From Epithemia pelagica (lineage: Eukaryota; Protista; Bacillariophyta), in assembly GCA_946965045.2 (NCBI GenBank), contig OX337239.1:496001-560000 (forward strand): a DNA stretch of 64,000 nt, given 5' to 3'. Under the pieces are notes generated by a model. It was not told the DNA's origin. It searched no databases and saw nothing but the letters and a program-made list of their open reading frames with translations. Each line of letters starts with the position of its first letter. Positions within the stretch are counted from its first letter, which is position 1. Below, piece after piece: positions 45,276-56,059 of the stretch. Made by a program: the position numbers and the translations under genes.

Positions 45276-47882
45276 ATGGCAGACTCTGCTCCCGAACCAG
45301 TGGATCCTCCACAAGAAGAAGAAGAAGAAGAACAAGAAGTGCCTCAAGAAACCAATGGTGATACGGAGGACGACGACAAGGGTGACAGTACCAATGGTGG
45401 CGGTGGTGGCTTGACCAGCAAATCGTCGTCTCGTGTGACGCGATTGTCCTCAGCCAAATCGGTCGGAATGGAATCCTCCATTCTCAAATTCAAAGATGTC
45501 AATTTCATTGTCGGATCCAAAGATAAGGAAAAGAATATCTTGACCCATGTTTCCGGTCTCGTCAAGTTTGGACGGGTCTTGGCGAGTAAGTTGAGAAAGG
45601 CGCCACGAGGCATTGGAACGGCGGCTGTCGGTCGGCGTTTTGGAGGAATGAGGATAAAGCACTGTTTCACAGTGGCAATAACAGTATCTCACATACTCTC
45701 TTTTGCTCGTGTGTTGCTCTTTCGTTGTGTTGTGTGTGTTGTGATTTGACACAGTCATGGGTCCCAGTGGTGCCGGAAAAACAACCTTGATTAATGCCTT
45801 GACCTTGGATGCTCATTATGGTGTGGCCAAAGGATCTGTCAAACTCAATGGTATTCCCTTGACCAACGAAATTTTTAAGGAACACTGCTTTGTTGTGCCT
45901 CAACAAGACAAACATTGGCCCTACTTGACGTGTCGAGAAACTCTGTTTTTTGCCACCCAACTCTATCAAGTCGTCTCCAAGGAGGAGGAAGAAATTTTGG
46001 TGGATGGAATTTTGGAAAAAATGGGTTTGCAAATTTGTGCCGATACAGCCAATGCGCGATTGTCCGGTGGACAGCGTCGTCGATTGTCCATTGGCATTGC
46101 CCTGATCAAGCAACCTCGTGTCTTGTTTTTGGATGAACCCACCAGTGGGTTGGATGCCGCGTCGGTACGTGACTATAATACCTACATTGGTTCCTCTGCT
46201 CTCGTGAATGCATTCTCACCGTTGGTCTTTTTCTGTTGCTTGGATGTGCGCCTACTGGAATGGATTGCTCTGGACCGTGTGTTGTCTTTTTAGGCGGAAA
46301 ACATCATGCAAGAAATTGTTCGTGTGGCCAAGGAAGAACGTCTCATTACCATTTGTACCATTCATCAACCCAGTACCAAAGTCTACAACAACTTTGATCA
46401 AGTCATGATCATGTCGCGGGGTCGCACGGCCTTTATGGGAGATGTCCAAGATGCAATACCCTACTTTACCGAAATTGGACACCCCATGCCGGATGACACC
46501 AATCCTGCTGAAGTACGTGTAGTATTAGTACTCGTTTCCGTTGTTGGTATCGTGTGCGACAAGGAAGCCAAAATTCGAGACTCACACCCCTGTGTTTTCC
46601 TTTCGTGGTACCGCCTAGTTCTTTTTGGATTTGGTCAACTCGGACTTTTCCGAAGAAGCAGAAGTCTCCAAAATTCTCGACACGTGGGAAGAAAAGGGAC
46701 CAGGCTTGGTGTCCTCGCATCATTCGTCGCATGGCAAAAAGGGATTTGCGGAAGGCGATGAAGAAGGTGTTGTCAATATGGAAAAGCACAAAATCTTGCC
46801 CCAACTCTCTGTCTTGTTCCGTCGACACTTTTTGTTGATTATTCGGGATCCTATCTTGTACATTGGACGAAGTATCATGTTCCTTGTTACCAATATGATC
46901 TTTGCCTTGGTTTACTTGAAGGCGCGTAAAGACGATCAGGATCAAGTCTTGAACAAGTTTTGGGTTGTCATTTGGGTACGTTGTCCAATTTTTTGCGAGA
47001 GACATGTCTCCTGGCTTGTGAATTAGTCGTGGATGCCTCACTCACACTTGCACCATACATTCTTGCCTCCTGTGGTACCATTTGGGATTCAGTTTATCGC
47101 CGTTCCAACGCAATTAGGTGTCGTGGCAGTCTACGCCCTCAACGATGAATTCAAGTCCTTGATTCGTGAAACCAAGAATGGGATGCTCAATGGGTTTAGC
47201 TATGTGTTGGCCAAATCCTGCTTGGCGTTGCCGATCATGTACATTTTCGCTCTCTTTTCCTTGGGTATCCCATTTTACGCCGTGATTGATGCTCCCAAGG
47301 AATGCTTCTGGTGGTGTACGGCTTTGTTTGCTGCTGTCATGTTTCAGTTTGAGTCCGTGGCCGAAACCTTGTCGGTGTGGTTTGATGACCCGATTCTGGG
47401 TATGCTTCAATTCATGAACTTTTGGTACGTTGTTGCTTAAGCCTGTCGTTGAGAGGAATGAGAGTTGTTGCAGTGGTTGCTCACGGAATTGCGCTTGCAA
47501 CAGGTTTGGAGCTTTCTTGTTTGGTGGCTTTTTGATTCCGTTGCGAGATATGTATTGGCCATTTGAACTCTTTTACTATTTCATGCCCTATTCGTACTAT
47601 ATTCGCTCCTCCATGTACAATTACTTTAGCGAATCCGAGTTCAACTCGTGTGACCCAGATGTCAATACAGATCAAGCCGTGTGTGTTCCAGGCGAGAATG
47701 GTGGCAAAGTTTCTGGAAATGTGGTTCTCCAAGAGTTTTCGACCGTCTTTCCCCTCTTGAAGGATGAAGATGAAACAGCCAAGGACTTTGGAATCATTCT
47801 GGCCGTGGGTGCCTTTTTCAAGCTCATGTACATTGCCGGTGTGTTGATGAAAACATCGCAAGTCAGTAAATTCGTGCAGTAA
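45276..47882 (+). CDS. ABCG half-transporter paralog (6 exons)
   Basis: Exons 45276-45585, 45755-46164, 46294-46512, 46619-46975, 47093-47424 and 47504-47882. Same motifs as the minus-strand copy and high protein similarity to it. Confidence 0.93.
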
Positions 47883-48422
47883 GAGGCCAATCAACGAACG
47901 AAGAAGATATGGTGGTCACGACATGACAATGTTCTACAAAAGGCGATTCTTGTTCCTCGGTATCGCAAATGCCTATTTGTTCCGTTTTTCTTTCTAGCTT
48001 ACTTCTTATATGTGTTGTAACGAGACTTTCATACAATAGTGCTTTCACACAATAGTACTTTACATGTTGATACCTTCTTTGCTTGTTGAACGGGTTATCT
48101 GCTTGTCAGGCATTGACAAAAGGTGTGGTGTATTGTTTTGGAAGGATATTCATACGAACACCTTTCGGAATCATGCCTATCGTCCTAGACGTATCAACTC
48201 ATGCGCTATAAAACAAGTATCAGTTTCGTCCTACATTGAGCTCTGCTGCTGTCTAATCGTAAAAATGATCGGAACCACACCCGTTGCATATTCCATCAAG
48301 AGCGAATCGTTGAAATTGGAACAACAAATCATCTGTCGTTGATACGGATACCATTGAATCACCATCATTGTGCTTCGGTAATCATCTCATTCGTCCCAAC
48401 AAACAAGTACAATACATGTCAC

Positions 48423-48899
48423 CTAGTTGCCCGACAATCCCAAGATCTCTTGCACTTGCTCGGCTGTCTGTACTCTGTTGCGAATGGGATAAAAGGGCCC
48501 ATCATCCCCCTTGGCTCTCAATTCACAATTCGGCCCCAACCCACATTCGGCACATTCCGAGACACAACTAATGGTTTCAATCGTCACAAGCGAACTCCGT
48601 CCTGCTGCTTCCAGTTGATTGGTAAAGGTTTCCACCAAGGCCTTGCCTCCGCCCTTTTTCTTGGAACAAGTCGGACCGGTACACACCACAATGGTTCCTT
48701 TAAAGGCATCCTCCTCTCCACTTGCGGTTGCCGATAGAGCAGAGATGGGTGATACTTGTCGGAAATTGGCTGCAGGAGTGAACGACAAAGCTTGATCCCA
48801 AAGCAGTATCAGAACAAGGAAGAGACGAGCAAAGCGGCATGGCCGCGTCAAAGTTCTTGGAACCTTTCCTTCTTGTGAGCCTGCCGTTATAGAATCCAT
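48423..48899 (-). CDS. Thioredoxin-like [2Fe-2S] ferredoxin domain protein, putatively plastid-targeted (158 aa)
   Basis: Signal peptide ends ALS-FTP. Cys motifs VVCTGPTC and SCVSECAECGLGPN. Confidence 0.8.
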   Translation of the reverse strand: MDSITAGSQEGKVPRTLTRPCRFARLFLVLILLWDQALSFTPAANFRQVSPISALSATASGEEDAFKGTIVVCTGPTCSKKKGGGKALVETFTNQLEAAGRSSLVTIETISCVSECAECGLGPNCELRAKGDDGPFYPIRNRVQTAEQVQEILGLSGN

Positions 48900-49650
48900 T
48901 TTGTGTGTTGCAATTGGCAATCAAACAGTTACTTGAGCTGATGCGGTCGTCTCACAAAGACAAGAATGTGTGCCGACTGCCGATCTAAAAGGAGCAACCT
49001 TTCTCACTTCTCACACTCTCACGTTTGCCCTTCGATCCGATTCATCAGTGACTGACGTCACCTTATATCAACGACTGACAAGGACCCATGAGCGACTTTA
49101 CTTTTTCAAAACTCACCCATCTGCGACGTTCCTGTCAAGTCCCCTGTTCCGACCTTGTTATCTGTCTTCACATCTGAAGAATGTTGAATGTTGAGCCTTC
49201 CATAAGTTCACCAATAAGCACGACGCATCGATTAAAAAGAAGATGCAGATTCTCTACCAACCTCCGAAGCAAGGAACAGAATCAAGTTGATTCCTTAGGA
49301 TTTGACCCAATCATTCTTCATGGCATACCAGCGGGCAGCTTCCACCTGTATCTTCGGATCTTTTGGTACTCTCAAGTCCAGAGTGATTTGCGACAAATCC
49401 GAACGGCTCCAAAAGATCTCGCGATCCAAGTTCGGATTTCCACCCAGCATCTGGCACTTCGGCACTTCGCAAACCCGCATGGACGAAAAAGTTCCAGAGT
49501 CTTCCAGGCCATTCCAATCGCGGATCTTTCCCCGAACAGGCCATTTCGAAGTGGAAGTTGCGGAGAATTTGAGTCCTGGAAGAGCATAGAGAACATGATT
49601 TTGCTCTTTTGATGGTCCCTGTCATGGATCGTGCCTTCTTGGATTCTCCA

Positions 49651-49763
49651 CAAGAAGCGCGACCGATATTGAGCGAATTTTAAGCGAGTAGCTAACCCCA
49701 TGAGGGGCAAACGGTCTAGGTCTCACTTGTAGAATTTTCCTCTTTGAACGATGGCGTAATTTG
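49651..49763 (+). repeat. 5' LTR (113 bp)
   Basis: CAAGAAGCGCG...GGCGTAATTTG, 112/113 identical to 55724-55836. Confidence 0.9.
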
Positions 49764-50182
49764 GTTTATCAGACCCATCACGACTCTTTTATGAGCTTTA
49801 CCTCAACCATGGCCTGGGAAGGTCGCGAAATATCTGGATCATTCGCTCCGAGAATGACCGCCCAAGGTTGGATACCTGTTCTCCCTTCCTCTACTACATA
49901 TCTCACCTGCAACGGGGTTAGAGATAGAGGATGTGATATGCGGTCAGCTTTTGCGCGCATATCGGGCAATGACGGACGCGTCACACATCTTGCCGTTGAA
50001 AGATGACAGCCATACGGACACTTTCGTTGCTTAAATGCTTAATGAAGTGCGCCGTCCTGGCACCATGCGAGCTCTCGACTCCAATTCTACTTTTCCTCGC
50101 TCGCAAATGAAAGCGAGATTATCAGGTGAAGTATCTGCACACTTTCACCGGAAAGCCCAACTTCAACCGAATAAGAACTACC

Positions 50183-51619
50183 ATGGCAGCGATTCCTCCA
50201 GCAAGCCCTCTTGACATCTTGAATGCCTACATGGATGTAGTGCTCCAAATCACCGATCAGGCAGCTCGTGATGCCTTGAATGCTCAGGGACTACAAGCAA
50301 TTGGTGACTTCGAAGCTCTGAGCAAAGATGATATCGCTGAAATTTGCTCAAATGCCAGGAAACCTGGTGGTATGATTCCCAATCCTAATCCTCTTGGACC
50401 ACCGTTGATTGCTAATCCTGGTATCATGATTGGCCATCTGGCTGAGAAACGCCTCAAGATGTTTTGCTACTTTGTTATCCATTTGAACAAGGTGAATCGG
50501 ACCTTTGTCGGTACTGTTCCCAACTTGGCCGATCTACAAACACTCTATCAATTCAAAGAGAGTGAGACGGAACATGACAACGAAGTTCCCATGCCGGAGA
50601 AACTAACATCGATTGAGAATATCCGTGTTGTTTTGGAGGACCTTGATCATTATCTTGAGTCCAAGCGAGGTGTCACTGGCATTCCTTTGGCTGCGTACAC
50701 TCGTATCGATCCCAACGTTGCACCTGAAAATGAAGATCCGAATTTCGGTGCTCCAACTATCCTGGCGGAGATGATCAGGCGGGCACCACATACAGGCCCT
50801 ACCTATGCTGCCGACAATCTTGCCGTGTGGGATGTTGTCAGACACATCACACATGATGGACCAGGATGGGGCTGGGTGCAACCATTTGCACGCGCACGCA
50901 ATGGACGTGCTGCCTATCAAGCCCTGCGTACCCATTATCTTGGAGACGCTTTCCAATCTCGTCTCCGTGCCAAAGCAGATCAAACACTCGAAAGTGTGTA
51001 TTACGACGGAGCAAAGCGCAATTTTACCTATGAACGATTCATAGAATCCCTGCAACGGGCATTTACTGACCTTGAGTCAACAGGCGAAACTGTGAGCGAA
51101 GAGAGAAAAGTGCGCATTCTCCTCACAGGCATTGCCGATGCACGACTCGAGAGCGCAAAGAATCAAATTCTTGCAACCCCTACTCTCAAGGCAACATTCG
51201 AAACCGCATCGAACTTCCTTGCAGAAGTGTTAGACAGCAAGGTCTCCTATAGGAGGAAGCAAGCCAGAATCTCCTCGATCCAATCCCAAAACAAAGGAAA
51301 GGGAAGGAACAATATTGGCCGTAACAATAAGAAGAATGAAGATAAGGAAAAGGAGGAATTAACGGACCGCTACTATACTCCAAAGGAATGGTCAAAGTTG
51401 AGTGGGCCAGAACGCCAACGCGTTCGTGATGTGCGTGAAGAACGCGATAAAAGGAGAGGAGTGGCATCCGTCACGAGTCAATCCCGAAAGAAGGCAAAGA
51501 AGGATGCACAGAATAATGACACTCCCGATGTCTTCGAAGAGTCCTCTGACGAATCTAGCAGAGGCATTGGCGCAATCATGAGCCAGCGCAAGAAGAAACG
51601 AAACTCTGAAAATTTGTGA
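50183..51619 (+). CDS. gag: Copia Gag (478 aa)
   Basis: Intact ORF inside the element. Motifs RGVTGIPLAAY, EMIRRAPH and NGRAAYQALRTHYLG resemble diatom Copia Gag. Basic C-terminus. Confidence 0.85.
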   Translation: MAAIPPASPLDILNAYMDVVLQITDQAARDALNAQGLQAIGDFEALSKDDIAEICSNARKPGGMIPNPNPLGPPLIANPGIMIGHLAEKRLKMFCYFVIHLNKVNRTFVGTVPNLADLQTLYQFKESETEHDNEVPMPEKLTSIENIRVVLEDLDHYLESKRGVTGIPLAAYTRIDPNVAPENEDPNFGAPTILAEMIRRAPHTGPTYAADNLAVWDVVRHITHDGPGWGWVQPFARARNGRAAYQALRTHYLGDAFQSRLRAKADQTLESVYYDGAKRNFTYERFIESLQRAFTDLESTGETVSEERKVRILLTGIADARLESAKNQILATPTLKATFETASNFLAEVLDSKVSYRRKQARISSIQSQNKGKGRNNIGRNNKKNEDKEKEELTDRYYTPKEWSKLSGPERQRVRDVREERDKRRGVASVTSQSRKKAKKDAQNNDTPDVFEESSDESSRGIGAIMSQRKKKRNSENL

Positions 51620-54600
51620 CTATCGCTCCAGTCGATGTCAATGACCAAGCCCAACGAAATTACAGTACCAACCTTTATGTGCGAGTTAGACTCGCATGCC
51701 GACACATGCTGTCTTGGCCGAGGCTGTCACGTTCTGTATCAGACTGACACTGCCGATGTCAGTGGTTTCACGGAAACACTGGGAAATTTGAATGAGACCC
51801 CTGTCATCACGGGTTCCTTGCCTATGATGACCCTGAGAGCGGAGCAACCTTCTTGCTCTACTTCCACCAAGCGCTGAACCTCCCTCAAATGGATCGTTGT
51901 CTTTTAAATCCCAATCAGATGAGAGAGGCCGGTGTTCTGGTGAATGACGTCCCTTTGAAGTTTCTACCATCGACAGAACGAAATGAGAGGGCTCATGCGA
52001 TCGTAGCTAAAGACTCTGAGGAAAAGGAACTTGTTATCCCAATGGACTTGCGTGGGATCATCAGTCAGTTCAAAGTAAGAAAGCCGACCGCACACGAGAT
52101 CGAGAATATGGACTCGTGCTATCGGATCGATATGACCAACGCAACACCCGAATGGCGACCGAATGACTCAGCAGCAGAATATGATGCTGATGAAAGAAAG
52201 CTTCGGGATGCGATTGTTCATGACACTATTGTAAAGAAACCTTCAAGGGATCTGTAAGTTGACTCTCTTTATTCTGTGAGAAGAATCAATGGACGCACTG
52301 CCAAGACCACGCATACTCGAAAGGGGACAGTGCAGCCACAAGATTTAGCCACACGATGGAATATTGGACTCAAGACAGCGGAGCGCACCTTTGAAGAAAC
52401 AACGCAGCTTGGAGTGCGTGACTTCAATGAACATGGTGGCTCTAAGCGTCTGAGACACACTGACGTATATACTGATACCTTATTTGCCGAAACAAAATCA
52501 TTGGACCAACATACATGCGGTCAAATCTTTGCTACTGACTTTGGATGGGTGCATTTTGTCCCAATGCGCAAGCGAAGTGAAGCACCATCCACTCTGCCTC
52601 CTCTCTTTGACGAATATGGCATATTTAACCATATTGTCCCCGACAACGCCCCAGAGCTCACCTCTTTGGAGTTCAAGCGCGTTGCATCAAAGTATGGGTG
52701 TCGTCTCAAGCCAGTGGAAGCTTGGACCCCCAATCAAAACCTTGCCGAGGCTAATATACGCGAGTTGAAACGAATCTATTGGCGAGAGATGCGTCAAAGC
52801 AATGCGCCAGCTGTGTTATGGGATCATTGCCTTATGCTAGTGGCAGAGAGAAGATCACATACATCGCAAGCAAATGGGAATCCGCCTCCAATTCAAATCC
52901 TTACTGGCGATACTCCCGATATATCGCACTTGATCGAACACAAATGGTACGATTTTGTATGGTACAGCAACCCCGGGTTTGAAGGGCGCAAGCTTGGGAG
53001 ATGGCTTGGCCCCAGCCATTCTGTCGGTCAGGCCATGTGTGCCAAAATACTGACGGAGAAGGGCAAGATCGTACATCGAACGTCCGTCTGGCCCATTGCC
53101 AGGGCAATGCAAAACGACGAGGCCTTTCGAGAGCAACGTGAACAGTTCACATCGAATCTTGGAGAAGCACTTGGTGCAAGAATGGCAGGTATCCCTGCTG
53201 AAGACGACAATGAGCCCAGAGAGGCCGATACCCCTCTATATGAGCCATACGAAGACGATGAGCAAGCTGATGTCTCCATGCCGGAAGCTGATCATTATGC
53301 TCCGGATTCCTATGACAAATTGATAAGCGCGAAAGTCATGCTCCCCTTAGGGGATGATAAGCGCAAGGGGACTGTCAAACGTCAGAAACGAGATGCCGAC
53401 GGCAAAGTGATTGGTACAGCGTCGAGCAATCCGTTGCTTGATACAAGCCTGTACGAAGTGGAATTCGACGACGGACATACTCAAGCATATGCCGCCAACA
53501 TTATTGCTGAAAGTATTTTTGAACAACTAGACGATGAAGGGAATCGATATCGCATAATCGACGACATTCTCGACCACAAGAAAGACGCCAGCGCAATCCC
53601 AATCTCTGATGGAGAATTTGTGCTGAACGGACGAACGCATAAAAAGAAGACAACGAGAGGATGGTTTCTATGTATCCAATGGAAGGATGGGTCCACCAGC
53701 TGGGAACGGCTAAAGGACTTGAAGGAATCCTATCCACTGGAATTGGCCCAATACGCCGTCGCAAATAAGCTGGACAAGGAACCAGCCTTCAACTGGTGGG
53801 TACCTTTCACCATCAAGCGCAGTAAACGACTGATCAAGGCCGTCTCCAGTAGCAAACGGTACATGCGTACATGGCAGAAGTACGGAGTAGAGGTACCGAA
53901 GACTGTGGAACGGGCTCTTGAGATCGACAGAGAGACCGGAACAGATTATTGGAGGAAGGCCTTGCAACTGGAAATGTCAAAGATCTTCCCTTGTATGAAG
54001 ATTCTTGAGGAAGGCTCTTCCACCCCCATTGGCTACCAAACTATCCCGTGCCATATCGTCTTTGACGCTAAAATGGACTTTACACGGAAGGCTCGGTATG
54101 TAGCTGGGGGACATAAGACGTCCAAACCAGAAGCTCCAACCTATGCAAGCGTTGTGAGCAGGGATAGTGTGCGTATTGGCTTCTTGATGGCAGCCTTGAA
54201 TGGTCTTGACGTGCTAACCGCGGACATTGCCGGTGCCTACTTAAATGCACCATGTCTCGAGAAGGTCTGCACGGTTTGCGGATTGGAATTTGGTCCAGAA
54301 TACAAAGGTCGTATAGCCATCATTACCAGGGCTCTTTATGGCTTAAAGACAAGCGCTTATGCATGGCGCGAGCTGTTATCAACGACATTACAGACAGATC
54401 TAGGATACAAGCCTTGCAGAGCTGATCCAGACGTCTATATCCGACCCTCCACTAAGGCTGATGGCATGCGATATTACGAGATGCTTTTCGTCTATACGGA
54501 TGATATTTTGGTGGTGTCGCATAAGCCGCAAGAGACGCTCACTATGCTGGATCATCACTACCTCTTGAAGCCTGATTCCATTGGAATACCAAAGATCTAT

Positions 54601-55572
54601 CTCGGGAATCAAGTCGAACAATATGACATAAACAATGATGCGAGTCAACGGTGCTGGGCCCTTAGTTCGAACAAATATGCCAAGGCCGCTATTCAAAATG
54701 TATCAGACTGGTTGGAAGAACGCGGGCGAAAGTTGAAGACACGGGTATCAACCGTTTTGCCGAGTGGCTATCGCCCAGAAATGGACGTGAGTCCGTATTG
54801 TGACGACGAACTCCTGTCCTTTTATCAACAACAACTTGGAGTCCTTCGCTGGTTGGTTGAATTGGGACGCATCGACATCACAACAGAAGTTTCGATGCTT
54901 GCTGCCTTTCTAGCAGGACCAAGAGAAGGACACGTGGAGGCCATGCTGCACCTCTTCGCGTACCTAAAATTTCACGATCGTTCTCGATTGGTATTGGACC
55001 CGTCGTACATTGAGCACGGGGACGAACCCATGGGGGATTGGACAGCATTCTACCCCAATGCGAAGGAAGAAGTTCCGTTAGACGCACCAGAACCATTGGG
55101 TAACCCCCTACAAATGACTTGCTTCGTTGACTCCGACCACGCCGGCGACTTGTTAACACGGCGATCCAGAACTGGAGTTCTCATCTACTTGAATCGGTCA
55201 CCCATATTGTGGTACAGCAAGAAGCAGACCAGTGTGGAGACTTCTACTTTTGGTTCTGAGTTCATGGCCCTCAAAGTGGGCATCGAAATGTTACGAGGTC
55301 TACGTTATAAACTACGAATGATGGGAATACCACTCGATGGACACGCGCATGTCCGATGTGATAACATGTCAGTGGTTTCCAATAGCTCGAAGCCAGAATC
55401 AACATTGAAGAAGAAGTCAAATGCCGTTGCATACCATTACGTTCGAGAAAATGTGGCAAATGGAGTGTGTCGTATTGCCTATGAGCCATCCACAACTAAT
55501 TTGGCTGATCTCTTGACGAAGGTCCAAACAGGACCGGAACGAACAAGACTTGCTGGAATGATCTTGTTTTGA
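51620..55572 (+). pseudogene. pol: Copia Pol (PR-INT-RT-RNase H), disrupted
   Basis: Protease ELDSHADT. One-base frameshift at about 51815. In-frame TAA at 52255-52257. Then an 1098-codon ORF with integrase (VPDNAPE...EANIRELKR), RT (KARYVAGGH, LYGLK, YTDD) and RNase H (FVDSDHAG, CDN, LADLLTK). Confidence 0.92.
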
Positions 55573-55723
55573 GTACGTTTCCTGCCGCCTGGAAAGGGTC
55601 AGGGTACGTCCTGCACTCATATGAGTCTCTAAAAGCAGGTTTATGTTGCACGAAGAAATGAATGATTGAGGATGCACAATTCACTCGAAGACAATAGCGA
55701 ACGAGAAATAATTGCGAGGGGAC

Positions 55724-55836
55724 CAAGAAGCGCGACCGATATTGAGCGAATTTTAAGCGAGTAGCTAACCCGATGAGGGGCAAACGGTCTAGGTCTCACT
55801 TGTAGAATTTTCCTCTTTGAACGATGGCGTAATTTG
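55724..55836 (+). repeat. 3' LTR (113 bp)
   Basis: Direct repeat of the 5' LTR. The single difference is C49699 versus G55772. Confidence 0.9.
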
Positions 55837-56059
55837 TCCAGACTTATCTCTATCTCTTTTAGAGAGCGACCTACGGGCAAGCGTCGGAAGAGGGCTTGGG
55901 GATCGTTCTACCGGTACATCTCATAAAACGGATTGTCCGAAAAAAAAGCTTGACCCCCATCTCCTTTCCTACCATAATTTCTCTTCTCCAATTCATCAGC
56001 TCTCCCTCTCTCCTTCTCTCCTTGCGGTATCTTTGCTCGAACTTCTCCAACGATCGAAA

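Larger units (their letters stand above)
49651..55836 (+). mobile_element. Near-full-length Ty1/Copia LTR retrotransposon (CoDi-like)
   Basis: 113-bp direct repeats at 49651-49763 and 55724-55836 with one mismatch. TCCA flanks both sides. Domain order is gag, protease, integrase, RT, RNase H. A purine tract GCGAGGGGA precedes the 3' LTR. Confidence 0.95.

Noticed and set aside
37194-48899. SufE-BolA, ABCG pair and 2Fe-2S protein as an iron-sulfur gene cluster
   Set aside because: The genes are up to about 10 kb apart, in mixed orientation, with unrelated sequence between them, and ABCG exporters have no established Suf role.
55817-56059. 81-codon N-terminal extension of HSF starting inside the LTR
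   Set aside because: It begins at TTG, not ATG, and reads as UTR-like pyrimidine-rich sequence.
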